From: Spirochaetota bacterium
GTDB lineage: Bacteria > Spirochaetota > UBA4802 > UBA5550
Direction: 5' to 3'
NCBI GenBank assembly: GCA_040768125.1
Contig: JAXGNG010000002.1
Location: 42,759-106,758 of the forward strand
Length of the DNA stretch: 64,000 nt
Under the pieces are notes generated by a model that saw nothing but the letters and a program-made list of their open reading frames with translations, ran no database searches and was not told the origin of the DNA. Positions 17,334-27,210 of the stretch are shown piece after piece. Position 1 is the first letter of the stretch, and each line of letters starts with the position of its first letter. A program made the translations under genes and the position numbers.

Positions 17334-20300
17334 TCATGCCAATTGTTGCAACAATTTTTTCAGCGCCTCCACCTTTTTTTCGGTTTTCATCGACTCCGGA
17401 GTAAACACGAGCGTTTCACGGTCGACGGGATCGATGGCCAGGCGGCGGTCGGTCTTCATGAGTTCGACCAGGCGTTGTACGTCGACCTTCGACGACCCGG
17501 ATATTGTTATCCGTATCGACCTGGAGTCCTCCAGTATCTCGTCGATGGCCAGGAGTGAGGCGATGGCCCGAATGGCTTCTATCTCCACGAGTATCCGCAC
17601 CTGGTCGGGACAGGGGCCGAAGCGGTCCACCATCTCGCGCTCCACCGCTGCCACTTCCTCCTCGGAATCGCACGATTCGAACCGCTTGTAAAACTCGATC
17701 TTCTGCTTTTCATCGTCAATGTAGCCGTCGGGTATATAAAAATCGGTCTTTAGGAAAACCGGTGTCCGGAAAAGCGTGGCCACGGGCTCTCCCTTCAGGT
17801 TGCGCACCGCCTCGTCGAGCATCTGCAGGTAGAGCTCGAACCCGACCTCGAAGATGTTGCCCGATTGCTCCATTCCCAGGATGTTGCCCGCGCCGCGTAT
17901 CTCCAGGTCCTTCATGGCCACTTTGAACCCGCTCCCGAGCTCCGAGTACTCGGCGATGACCCGCAGGCGCTTCATCGCCTCCTCGGTGAGGGGGCGATGG
18001 ACCGGGTAAAACAGGTAGGCGTAGGCCTTCCTCATGGAACGGCCCACGCGCCCCTTGAGCTGGTAGAGCTGCGAGAGCCCGAAGGCGTCGGCCCGGTTGA
18101 TGATGATGGTGTTCACGTTAGGCATGTCGAGCCCCGATTCGATGATCGAGGTGCTGACGAGCACGTCGTATTTCCTGTCGAGGAAGGCCAGCATTACGTC
18201 CTCGAGATCGTGCTCGTTCATCTGCCCGTGGGCCACGGCGCAGGTCGCCTCCGGCACGAGCTCCCTGAGATACGAGAGGTGGGCCTCGATGGTCTGGACG
18301 CGGTTGTGCACGTAGAAGACCTGTCCGCCCCGCTCGATCTCGTTGAGGACCGCCATGCGGAGGATCTCGGGGTTTTCCTCGAGCACGTAGGTTTCGATGG
18401 ACTGGCGGTTTTCCGGCGGGGTGAGGATCAGGGTCAGGTCGCGGATTCCCGCCATGGACATGTGGAGGGTCCTGGGTATCGGCGTGGCCGAAAGGGTCAG
18501 TACGTCCACGAGGGCCCGAAACTGCTTCAGGCGCTCCTTGTGGCGCACGCCGAAGCGCTGTTCCTCGTCGATGACGAGGAGGCCCAGGTTCCTGATCGTG
18601 ATGTCCCTGGCGAGAAGCGCGTGGGTCCCGATTATGATATCGATTTTTCCCTCGCGCAGTTTCTCCTTGATGGCGTGTATCTCCCCGGGCGAGCGGAACC
18701 TGGACAGCATGTCGATCTCTATAGGGTACTCCTCGAAGCGTTTTTTGAAGGTGCCGAAGTGCTGCATCGCCAGGACGGTGGTGGGCACCAGGACGGCCAC
18801 CTGGCGGCCGGCCATGACGGCCTTGAAGGACGCCCGTATGGCGACCTCGGTCTTGCCGAAGCCCACGTCTCCGCATACGAGGCGGTCCATGGGCCTGGCG
18901 CTCTCCATGTCGTCCTTCACGTCCTCGATCGCCGTGATCTGGTCAGGCGTTTCCTCGAATTCGAAAAGGGCTTCGAATTCCTCCTGCCAGAGCGTGTCAG
19001 GCGGGAACTGGAACCCCTTCAGGGCCCGCCGCGCCGAGTAGATCTTGACCAGTTCCGAGGCGATCTCCTCCACGGATTTCCTCACCCGTTCCCTGATCCT
19101 GTTCCACGCGGATTTCTTCCCGAGGTGATCGATGCGCGGCGTGCGTCCCTCGACGCCGATGTATTTCTGCACCATCGTGATCTGGTCAAGGGAAACGTAG
19201 AGCCTGTCCCCTCCCGCGTACTCGATGAGGAGAAAATCCCGTTCCACGCCCCCGGCGGTCATCCGCTCGATTTTTTTGAATATGCCGATGCCGTGGTTGA
19301 TATGCACCACGGCGTCGCCGGCCCTCAGGTCGAGGAAGGAGTCGATGGGCCGCGACTTCCTGCCCTTGAAATCCCTCTTCTTGCGGTAGCTTTTTCCGAA
19401 TATCTCATGGTCCGAGAGAACCAGGGTTTTCGTCGGGGCGATCTCCATCCCGCTCGTGAGGGGGGAGAGGAGTATGTTCATCGCGGTGTCGGTATGGCGG
19501 CTGAAATCGGGATCGGGATTGAATTCCCCGAGAAGGTCGCGGAGCCGGCGCGCCTGTCCATCGAAGCCCGTGGTCACCACGACGCGCCATCCCGCCGAAA
19601 GGCGGGAGGCGATTTCCTCCCGCACGTGGGATATCCTGCCGTGAAAATTGGGTATACCCTTGATGTGCCACCTGAGGGATTCCCGGGAGGCGGTGAAGGT
19701 CTGGAGCCGGATGGCGCCTGGGCCCGCGGCGTCTAGCGCCTCGCCGTCGAAGAGCTCATCGGGGGGAAGGCAGAGGGCGCGGGAGCTCCGTTTCCGGTAG
19801 AGATCGTCGAAGGTTTTTGCCAGGTGGTCCCTCCTGGCCGTGAGTTCCGACGGCTCGAAGAAAACGATCCTGGCGTCCTTCCCCAGGTAGGAAAGGAGAG
19901 TCGAGGACCCCATGGCGGCGGGGAACAGGTCTTCGATGCCCCCCGCCTCCTCCGGGTCCTGGTCATCCAGGGCCGCCATCACGCGGTCGGGGATCTCCAG
20001 GCCGCGGTCGCGCGCATCGCGCACTATCTTCTTGATCCTCTCTTTTTCATCCTGGAGAAGTATGATCTCCCGCCTCGGGTAGATGACCGCCCCTTCGATC
20101 GCCTCCCGTGACACCTGGCTGGCGAGATCGAACTCCCTGATCGATTCGAGGGTATCGCCGAAAAAGTCAAAACGAAGGGGATTCTCGTGGGAAGGAGGGA
20201 ACACGTCGATGATGCCGCCCTTGACCGCGAACTGGCCGAAACTGTCCACGCGTTTTTCGCGGGAATAACCGTAGGAGGCAAGGAGCCCGACGATCTCGTC

Positions 20301-20756
20301 GAAGGGATACTCTCCGCCCGTGGCAAGGGAGACACCTTTTTTTTCAAGGAAACCGCGTGGTGGTATCTTTCTCACGAGTGACTCCACCGTGGTCACCACG
20401 AGTGAGGGGTCCCCCCGCATCAGGCGGTAGAGGACCGTTATCCTTTCCCGCTCGGTCTTTTCCGGGGGGGACACGAATTCATAGGGAAGCGTTTCCCAGG
20501 GGGGAAAGGTGAAAAGAACGCTTTCGTCCACCATGGCGGAGAGGTCCAGGAATGCCTCGTTCATCTTCTGATACTGTTCCGTGACCACGATCATCTGGAC
20601 GGGCTCTTCGCAGAAGAGCGACGCGGCGATGAGGGGGAAGGAAGCAGGCGTGACGCCCTCGATGAGCGCTCCCCTGCGCGGGGACGCGAGGAGTTCCGTC
20701 AGGGAACGAAATTCCCCGGATTGACGGAACGAATCTATGACCGGTTTCAGTATCAT
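17334..20756 (-). CDS. mfd: Transcription-repair coupling factor
   Basis: UvrB-like N-terminus, CarD-like RID (VVHINHGIG), GDVGFGKTEVA, DEEQRFG, SATPIPRT, QLKGRVGR and a TRCF C-domain. Confidence 0.98.
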   Translation of the reverse strand: MILKPVIDSFRQSGEFRSLTELLASPRRGALIEGVTPASFPLIAASLFCEEPVQMIVVTEQYQKMNEAFLDLSAMVDESVLFTFPPWETLPYEFVSPPEKTERERITVLYRLMRGDPSLVVTTVESLVRKIPPRGFLEKKGVSLATGGEYPFDEIVGLLASYGYSREKRVDSFGQFAVKGGIIDVFPPSHENPLRFDFFGDTLESIREFDLASQVSREAIEGAVIYPRREIILLQDEKERIKKIVRDARDRGLEIPDRVMAALDDQDPEEAGGIEDLFPAAMGSSTLLSYLGKDARIVFFEPSELTARRDHLAKTFDDLYRKRSSRALCLPPDELFDGEALDAAGPGAIRLQTFTASRESLRWHIKGIPNFHGRISHVREEIASRLSAGWRVVVTTGFDGQARRLRDLLGEFNPDPDFSRHTDTAMNILLSPLTSGMEIAPTKTLVLSDHEIFGKSYRKKRDFKGRKSRPIDSFLDLRAGDAVVHINHGIGIFKKIERMTAGGVERDFLLIEYAGGDRLYVSLDQITMVQKYIGVEGRTPRIDHLGKKSAWNRIRERVRKSVEEIASELVKIYSARRALKGFQFPPDTLWQEEFEALFEFEETPDQITAIEDVKDDMESARPMDRLVCGDVGFGKTEVAIRASFKAVMAGRQVAVLVPTTVLAMQHFGTFKKRFEEYPIEIDMLSRFRSPGEIHAIKEKLREGKIDIIIGTHALLARDITIRNLGLLVIDEEQRFGVRHKERLKQFRALVDVLTLSATPIPRTLHMSMAGIRDLTLILTPPENRQSIETYVLEENPEILRMAVLNEIERGGQVFYVHNRVQTIEAHLSYLRELVPEATCAVAHGQMNEHDLEDVMLAFLDRKYDVLVSTSIIESGLDMPNVNTIIINRADAFGLSQLYQLKGRVGRSMRKAYAYLFYPVHRPLTEEAMKRLRVIAEYSELGSGFKVAMKDLEIRGAGNILGMEQSGNIFEVGFELYLQMLDEAVRNLKGEPVATLFRTPVFLKTDFYIPDGYIDDEKQKIEFYKRFESCDSEEEVAAVEREMVDRFGPCPDQVRILVEIEAIRAIASLLAIDEILEDSRSIRITISGSSKVDVQRLVELMKTDRRLAIDPVDRETLVFTPESMKTEKKVEALKKLLQQLA

Positions 20757-20913
20757 CGATGACCCGATTCAAAGATTGGCCAGGGCCGGATTTGCGCAAG
20801 AATATTTTTTTATGCCGGGTGTGCGACGGGGAAAATCAGTTGCGAAGGAGCATGGAGGGGCGGACCGTACGTGGAGGTGTCACCGGCGCAGTCCCCGGAG
20901 AGGGGCGCCGCGA

Positions 20914-21771
20914 TCAGTTGTAATGCTCCAGGGTGTAGGTGTACTCTTCCAGAATACGGAGATCGTCCTGCAGTCTCTCGATCTCGCTGATGGTGGTTTC
21001 GATCGATACCATGCCGTCGCGGAACGATTGCCGTTCGTGGTTCGTCACCCATTTCATTTCATCGGGATTTCGCTCTTCGAGAAATGACTTGAGGCCCCTG
21101 ACGGATTTCCCGATCGTCACGTACAGCGCCCTGATGTTCTCGAGCATTTCGGCGAGGTAGATGAAGCGCATCACCTTTCTGTCGCTTCCGGCCAGGGTTT
21201 CGATGATGGAGCGGCCGCGTTCGTCCATCTTTGCCTGGTAATAGGTGAGGGAGCGGGGATAGTTTATCAGCTCCTTCTGGTAGTTCGTCAGGTTGTCCGC
21301 CGCCTGGATGCCGTCGATCTCGAGGTTCCTGAAGATATCATCGAGCTGATTGCTCTCAGTCTTGTGCTCTTTCAGGACGATGTTGGAATTCCTGATGTTC
21401 ATGATTATGCCCTTGAGGCGCTCCCTGTGCGTGCGGACAAGTTCCATGGTGGTCTCTATGAATGTCTCGGGGATGAAGTCTTCTTCCTCCCTCGCCGCCT
21501 CTCCCCCGCTCTCGTCAGCGGCGTAGGAGTCATCGCGTGAAGCCTCTCCGGCCGTGCGTTTTTTTATGGAGATCCTCTGCCGCAAACCCGCCGCGGTTTT
21601 TTCCGGGGTCCTGACGATTTTGATCACCTCGATTTTTCGAAGGGACTTGTTGTACTTGAGTCCGTACATGTTCCCGAGGGAGTCGACGTACCGGTTGTTG
21701 AGATCGTACACCGATATTCTCGACGTGTCGATGTCGGATACGTCGTTGATTCTTATGATGAGGTATTTCAT
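20914..21771 (-). CDS. Hypothetical cytoplasmic helical protein
   Basis: 285-aa ORF with host codon usage, starting 6 bp after the PilZ gene stop. Confidence 0.7.
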   Translation of the reverse strand: MKYLIIRINDVSDIDTSRISVYDLNNRYVDSLGNMYGLKYNKSLRKIEVIKIVRTPEKTAAGLRQRISIKKRTAGEASRDDSYAADESGGEAAREEEDFIPETFIETTMELVRTHRERLKGIIMNIRNSNIVLKEHKTESNQLDDIFRNLEIDGIQAADNLTNYQKELINYPRSLTYYQAKMDERGRSIIETLAGSDRKVMRFIYLAEMLENIRALYVTIGKSVRGLKSFLEERNPDEMKWVTNHERQSFRDGMVSIETTISEIERLQDDLRILEEYTYTLEHYN

Positions 21772-21777
21772 GTTCGA

Positions 21778-22152
21778 TCAGAGGTCGTCGCGTGATAGTT
21801 CGATCGGCTCGTCGAACTGGACCGCCACGTAGGCGTCGCCGTGAACGGCGAATCCCGCCATTCTCCTGGCCACCTCGGTGGGGTTGTTGACCAGGAGCCC
21901 GGTCCTCACGATGGTGCCCCGGGGGGCCTGCTTCGTTTTCCCCGTCTTGAACTGCATCTGGGCGGGGACGCCCACGGAGACCCTTTCCCCCGTGATGATA
22001 AGGGCGCCGCCGCAGCTGATGTCGGCAATGATTCCCTTTGCCTTCATCGGGAAGCCGGAACTCTTTTCGATTTCATCCGGGTTTCCCCTGTAGTAGCCGA
22101 ATTTCGTTTTGATCGAACAGGGATACCGGGGATACTTTCTTTTTTCCACCAT
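21778..22152 (-). CDS. PilZ-domain c-di-GMP receptor
   Basis: EKRKYPR (RxxxR) and DISCGG (DxSxxG) motifs. Confidence 0.85.
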   Translation of the reverse strand: MVEKRKYPRYPCSIKTKFGYYRGNPDEIEKSSGFPMKAKGIIADISCGGALIITGERVSVGVPAQMQFKTGKTKQAPRGTIVRTGLLVNNPTEVARRMAGFAVHGDAYVAVQFDEPIELSRDDL

Positions 22153-22204
22153 GGCTTCCTCTCAATGGTATGCTGCCTTGACCGGAAAGTGCCGAATCCA
22201 TGAT

Positions 22205-22232
22205 ACTATATCCCGTGAAACCGGGATGTCAA
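22205..22232 (-). promoter_or_regulatory. sigma70-type promoter of the PilZ operon
   Basis: The minus strand reads TTGACA-N16-TATAGT. Confidence 0.65.
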
Positions 22233-22321
22233 GCCATGTTTTGGCATTTTGCGGATTAAATTTTTCTCGATGGGGAGGGTTTCCAAGGGACGATACGGGT
22301 CGGCGCCGCCTAAATTAACAC

Positions 22322-22339
22322 CGCCGTAATATTACGGCG
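22322..22339. repeat. Perfect 18-bp palindrome upstream of pyrG
   Basis: CGCCGTAATATTACGGCG, flanked by imperfect AT-rich arms (TAAATTAACA / TGTTATTTA). Confidence 0.85.
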
Positions 22340-22452
22340 ATAATGTTATTTACATCGACTTATGTCCCTCGCTATCCTGCCCGTGGAGATCATGGGGGCA
22401 GAGAGCGATCGGGGCGATCCGGCATCGCGGAGTCTCCCCCGGGGGTGGAACG

Positions 22453-24093
22453 ATGAACATCAATACGCGCTTCATCTTTGTCACGGGGGGTGTGTGTTCC
22501 TCGCTTGGCAAGGGCATTTCGATCGCGTCGCTGGGGCTTCTCCTGGAGGGGCACGGCTGCCGCGTTTCGATAATCAAGATGGATCCCTACCTGAATATCG
22601 ACCCGGGCACCATGAGCCCCTTCCAGCACGGGGAGGTCTACGTGACGGAAGACGGGGCCGAAACCGATCTTGACCTCGGCTATTACGAGCGATTCACGCG
22701 GGCCGAGTACACCAGGAAAAACTCCGTTACCACGGGGCAGATCTACCATACCGTGATACAGCGCGAGAGAAGGGGGGACTACCTTGGGCGCACGGTCCAG
22801 GTGATACCCCACGTCACCGATGAAATAAAGAGCCGCATCTACCACGTCGCGGCGAGCTACGACCTCGATTTCGTCATGGTGGAGATCGGCGGCACCGTGG
22901 GGGACATCGAATCGATACCCTTCCTTGAGGCGATACGCCAGGTGCGCCAGGAGCTGGGGGCCAACCGGGTCCTCAACATCCATGTCACCCTGGTCCCCAC
23001 ACTCTCCGTCGCGGGGGAGCAGAAGACAAAGCCGACCCAGCACTCGGTGAAGGAGCTGATGGAACTCGGCATTATCCCGGACATCCTTCTCTGCCGCACC
23101 GCCAGGCCCCTGACGCCGGAATTGAAGAGCAAGATCGCGCTTTTTTGCAACGTCTCGGAGCGCAATGTCATCTCGGCGGTGGACACCGCCGGTTCGATCT
23201 ACGAGATCCCCTTCATGTTCCGTGATAACGAGTTTGATTCCATCGTCCTGGAGCATTTCAGGATGGACGTGAAGCCCCTGAGTATGCCGGCCTGGGACCG
23301 TTTCATGGCGTCCCTTCGGAACCCGGAGCGGCAGGTGCGGATAGCCGTGGTGGGGAAATACATATCACTCCAGGACTCCTACCGTTCAATCTACGAGGCG
23401 ATCCTCCACGGGGCCGTGGCGAACGGCGCGCGCCTCGAGGTCGTGCGTATAGATTCAGAGGACCTGGAGCGCTCCTGCGACGATATCGGAAATGCGTTCG
23501 ATGGCGTCGACGGCATCCTGGTCCCCGGCGGCTTCGGGGACCGGGGCATAGAGGGAAAAATTGCCGCCGTTTCCCACGCCCGGCGGAACGGGATCCCCTT
23601 CTTCGGGATATGCCTGGGGCTTCAGTGCGCGGTGATCGAATTCGCGAGGAACGTCTGTGGTCTTTCTAACGCAAATTCGAAGGAGTTCGATCCCTCCACG
23701 CCGGATCCGGTCATCTCCCTCCTCGAGGACCAGGAGATCGTGCTTGACAAGGGGGGGACCATGAGGCTCGGGGCCTACCTCTGCTCCCTCGCTCCCGGGA
23801 GCAGGGTGAGGGATCTCTACGGGAAGGACTCGGTGATGGAGCGCCATCGACATCGCTATGAATTCACTAACCGTTATCGGGGCCTCTTCGAGCGAAACGG
23901 AATGGTGTTCGGGGGAATTCATCCCCCGGCGGATCTCGTGGAGACCATCGAGATCTCCGACCATCCCTGGTTCGTTGCCACGCAGTTCCATCCCGAGTTC
24001 AAATCACGGCCCGTTGACCCGCACCCCCTTTTCAGGGATTTCATGCGTGCCGCCCTCGAAAGAGGCGCGGGGAGAAAACCGGGAAACAGATGA
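22453..24093 (+). CDS. pyrG: CTP synthase
   Basis: Motifs GGVCSSLGKG, DPGTMSPFQHGEV, KTKPTQHSV, GICLG and QFHPEF. Confidence 0.99.
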   Translation: MNINTRFIFVTGGVCSSLGKGISIASLGLLLEGHGCRVSIIKMDPYLNIDPGTMSPFQHGEVYVTEDGAETDLDLGYYERFTRAEYTRKNSVTTGQIYHTVIQRERRGDYLGRTVQVIPHVTDEIKSRIYHVAASYDLDFVMVEIGGTVGDIESIPFLEAIRQVRQELGANRVLNIHVTLVPTLSVAGEQKTKPTQHSVKELMELGIIPDILLCRTARPLTPELKSKIALFCNVSERNVISAVDTAGSIYEIPFMFRDNEFDSIVLEHFRMDVKPLSMPAWDRFMASLRNPERQVRIAVVGKYISLQDSYRSIYEAILHGAVANGARLEVVRIDSEDLERSCDDIGNAFDGVDGILVPGGFGDRGIEGKIAAVSHARRNGIPFFGICLGLQCAVIEFARNVCGLSNANSKEFDPSTPDPVISLLEDQEIVLDKGGTMRLGAYLCSLAPGSRVRDLYGKDSVMERHRHRYEFTNRYRGLFERNGMVFGGIHPPADLVETIEISDHPWFVATQFHPEFKSRPVDPHPLFRDFMRAALERGAGRKPGNR

Positions 24094-24384
24094 TTTTCCC
24101 ATGTTTTCCCGGCCCCCTCTGCGGTGCCGGCCGGTGCGTTGTTGACACGCACCACACATCGGTGCTTCCACTACGCTTTTCACCACCGAACGGATACTTT
24201 TTTCACTCCACACATGTTTTCCCGGTTTATTCAGTTTATATGCGTGTAATTGTGTCCTGGTGATGAAAGCGGAAAAACAGTGCGATAATCGGGTAAAAAA
24301 TATTCCATGGTCAGAGCAAAAAAGTTGACTCGAGGCGCATACGGGAATAATAATCATTAGAATGCCATCACAGGAGTATAGAAC

Positions 24385-24816
24385 ATGAGAAGATATATCA
24401 ACAAAGTCCTCGCGCCGGTCGACGGCTCTGACGCATCAAAAAAGGCGCTGGAATTGGCCATCGTCATCGCCAAGGAATCCCATGCCAAGCTGACCGTGCT
24501 CGAAGTGGTCGAGGAGTTCGGTCCGCTGCCCGGTTTCTACGGGGCCGCCCCGGAAGGCGTCGACAGGGTCGCCTGGCTTTCGGAACAGCGATTCGAAAAA
24601 GTGCATCCGATGCTGCACGACGAGAACGTGGACTGGGACCGCATGGTGGTCGAGGGTTACCCGGCAGACAAGATCTGCGAGATCGCCGAGAGCGGCAACT
24701 ACGACATGATCGTGCTGGGCAGCAAGGGCCGCTCCGCAATCGGGAGATTTCTTCTCGGTTCAATATCCGACAGGGTGGTCCATCACGCTCCCTGCAGCGT
24801 GTGCGTCGTGAAATAG
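24385..24816 (+). CDS. Universal stress protein (UspA family)
   Basis: Motifs [15 protein letters not shown] and IVLGSKG...[17 protein letters not shown], with an AGGAG RBS. Confidence 0.95.
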   Translation: MRRYINKVLAPVDGSDASKKALELAIVIAKESHAKLTVLEVVEEFGPLPGFYGAAPEGVDRVAWLSEQRFEKVHPMLHDENVDWDRMVVEGYPADKICEIAESGNYDMIVLGSKGRSAIGRFLLGSISDRVVHHAPCSVCVVK

Positions 24817-24967
24817 TGATAATATCAGCCTTGACACGATGGGCACTTCATCCAGCAGCGCGGTGCCCGGCCCTGGACAACTTTTTTATGGCCCGTGTTG
24901 ATTTTATCCCGGGCCGTGTATATAATTAATAGACAGGGAGTGTGAGCCGGCAACCGGATTATTCCAT

Positions 24968-26413
24968 ATGGAGATCTCTCTCAAGACAGGCATACAGCAA
25001 TCCCAGAAGCTGGCGCTTACCAGGTCTCTCAAACAGGCCATAGAACTACTGCAGTTGACGAATGTCGAATTGTATGACAGGATATCGAGCGAGCTTGTCG
25101 AAAATCCCGTAATCGAAGAGGATTCCTCCCTGGCATCAGCGCCGGTACCCGTGGAATCGGAAATGATCACGGGCGTGGCCCGTAATCTCACGGGTGATGA
25201 CGAGGGCCTTTACCGTGGCGAGGAGCGAAGGGCGGGTTATGAGGACTCGAGTGACACGGGATATGACGGGGAGGGCGACGAGGAGAGGAAAAGAAGCTAC
25301 GTTGAGAACGCCGTGGCCCACGAGGAATCCCTCGTGGAGCACCTGCTCTGGCAGGCGCGGCTCACAGCCCGCGATTCCCTGGAGCTGGAGGCTTTCCAGT
25401 CCATCATAACGGGGCTTGACGAGAACGGCTTCATATCCGAGGATCCGGCACGGATCCTGGAAGGCCTTGTGCCCCCCGCCGATGTCGGGCGCATCCTGTC
25501 GGCAATTCAGGGGTTCGACCCGGTAGGCTGCGCGGTGAATGGCGTCAGGGAAAGCCTTATCGTGCAGTCCAGGTATTTTTATCCCTCTGACGATGTCATG
25601 ATCCGGATCCTCGAGGAGTGCTTTCCCAGCTTTGAGAAGCTCGATTATCAGGCCATGGCGAAGAGCCTGGACGTGCCCCAGGAAGAGATAATCGAAAAGA
25701 GCAAAATCATTCAGGGACTGGACCCCTATCCCGGGAGGCAGTATTCGAACAGGGCCATCAGGTACATCGTTCCCGATCTTGACGTCAAGCTGGTGGACGG
25801 TCAGATAATTGTAACCATCAATGACGAATGGGTCCCGAGAATACGCATTAATTCCCGCTATATTTCCATGCTCAGGAAAAAAAACATTGAAAAAAACCTG
25901 CGGGATTATATTCAGGACAGGGTGAATTCCGCGCGGCATCTACTGAGAAACATTACGAACCGCCGGAATACCATATTGAGGGTTGTCGGTTCGATCATGG
26001 AGCGCCAGCGGGAGTTTCTGGCGCGGGGGCCCGGCCATCTGAAGCCGCTCACCCACAGTGAGGTCGCCGAGGATGTGAATCTCCACGAGTCGACGGTGAG
26101 CCGCGTGACGAGCGGGAAGTACGTGCAGACCGTATGGGGCGTTCATGACCTGAAATACTTCTTTGTTTCGCGCCTTAAATCAACCGGATCCGACGAGGCG
26201 TCCTCGGACGAGGTGATGCGGCTTATACGGGACATTGTGCAGAGCGAGGATGCCGAATCCCCCCGAAGCGATGAGGATATCGCGCGAATAATCGGCAAAG
26301 CAGGGATAACGGTGGCGAGGAGGACCGTGGCCAAGTACCGGGGGCTGCTGGGCATCCCGCCGTCCAGTAAAAGAAAAAAGATTCATAAAATACGACCAGA
26401 GGAACATCAATGA
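24968..26413 (+). CDS. rpoN: RNA polymerase sigma-54 factor
   Basis: Gln/Leu-rich region I, HESTVSRV and the RpoN box ARRTVAKYR. Confidence 0.98.
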   Translation: MEISLKTGIQQSQKLALTRSLKQAIELLQLTNVELYDRISSELVENPVIEEDSSLASAPVPVESEMITGVARNLTGDDEGLYRGEERRAGYEDSSDTGYDGEGDEERKRSYVENAVAHEESLVEHLLWQARLTARDSLELEAFQSIITGLDENGFISEDPARILEGLVPPADVGRILSAIQGFDPVGCAVNGVRESLIVQSRYFYPSDDVMIRILEECFPSFEKLDYQAMAKSLDVPQEEIIEKSKIIQGLDPYPGRQYSNRAIRYIVPDLDVKLVDGQIIVTINDEWVPRIRINSRYISMLRKKNIEKNLRDYIQDRVNSARHLLRNITNRRNTILRVVGSIMERQREFLARGPGHLKPLTHSEVAEDVNLHESTVSRVTSGKYVQTVWGVHDLKYFFVSRLKSTGSDEASSDEVMRLIRDIVQSEDAESPRSDEDIARIIGKAGITVARRTVAKYRGLLGIPPSSKRKKIHKIRPEEHQ

Positions 26414-27210
26414 ACATTTCAGTGACGGGAAGACGCATGAACGTGTCGGACAGCACGCGGGCCTACGCGGAGAAGAAGATCAAGAAGCTCGACCGCTATT
26501 TCAACCAGTTGATCGACGCACATATCGTTTTTTCCGTTGTGAAACTCGATCATTTCTGCGAGGTGCTCATCAACGGCGACGGAGTCCAGTTTCACGCCAA
26601 GGAAAAAGCGGCCGATCTCTTTTCCGCGATAGACCTTCTCCATGAGAAAATGGAGAAGCAGATCCGCCGATACAAGGAAAAGCACCAGATGCACAAGGGA
26701 CCCGAGAAGGGGGAGATGGCGTCCTTTGATTATCCGGACACGGCGGGGACAAGGGTCCTCCTCCGTCAGGTCAGCAACAAGCCCGTCGACAGCATCGAGG
26801 CCTATCTGCAGATGCAGGTGGATAACGGTGATTTCATCCTGTTTAAAAAGGGCGTGAGTAAAATCGAGTCCGAGAAGGATTACGCGAATAAAAACTACGC
26901 GGTGATTTTCAGGGAGAACGGCTCTCTCAGGATGGTGGAACTGCACTTCGACAAAAAGGGGAAAGGGCACAAGGCGGGCAAGTTCATCTCCTATGAGCTT
27001 GACGTGTTCGATGATTCCCGGACCAGCCCGAAAATCAAATTCAAGAAACTCAGTGGCAGCGATTTCACCACGTGTACCCTGAACGAGGCGATCCTGGAGA
27101 TGGATAAGTCGTCCCGTTCCTTCATGCCGTTTTTCAATACCGATTCCGACTACTTCAACATTATTTTCAGGAACGGCGATCGGTACGAAGTCATGGTGCC
27201 GGCCTTTTAG
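26410..27210 (+). CDS. hpf: Ribosome hibernation promoting factor with two tandem long-HPF C-terminal domains
   Basis: N-terminal RaiA/HPF domain (MNISVTGR...AIDLLHEKMEKQIRRYKEK), then two S30AE_C-like segments: KPVDSIEAYLQM...FILF...YAVIFRE and TLNEAILEM...FMPFFN...FNIIFRNGD. Confidence 0.85.
   Translation: MNISVTGRRMNVSDSTRAYAEKKIKKLDRYFNQLIDAHIVFSVVKLDHFCEVLINGDGVQFHAKEKAADLFSAIDLLHEKMEKQIRRYKEKHQMHKGPEKGEMASFDYPDTAGTRVLLRQVSNKPVDSIEAYLQMQVDNGDFILFKKGVSKIESEKDYANKNYAVIFRENGSLRMVELHFDKKGKGHKAGKFISYELDVFDDSRTSPKIKFKKLSGSDFTTCTLNEAILEMDKSSRSFMPFFNTDSDYFNIIFRNGDRYEVMVPAF

Noticed and set aside
22242-22252. Second sigma54 promoter (TGGCATTTTGC)
   Set aside because: The GG-to-GC spacing is far shorter than the required 10 nt.
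22325-22352. dif-like site (TAATGTTATTT resembles a XerD arm)
   Set aside because: There is no XerC-like arm at 6-bp spacing.
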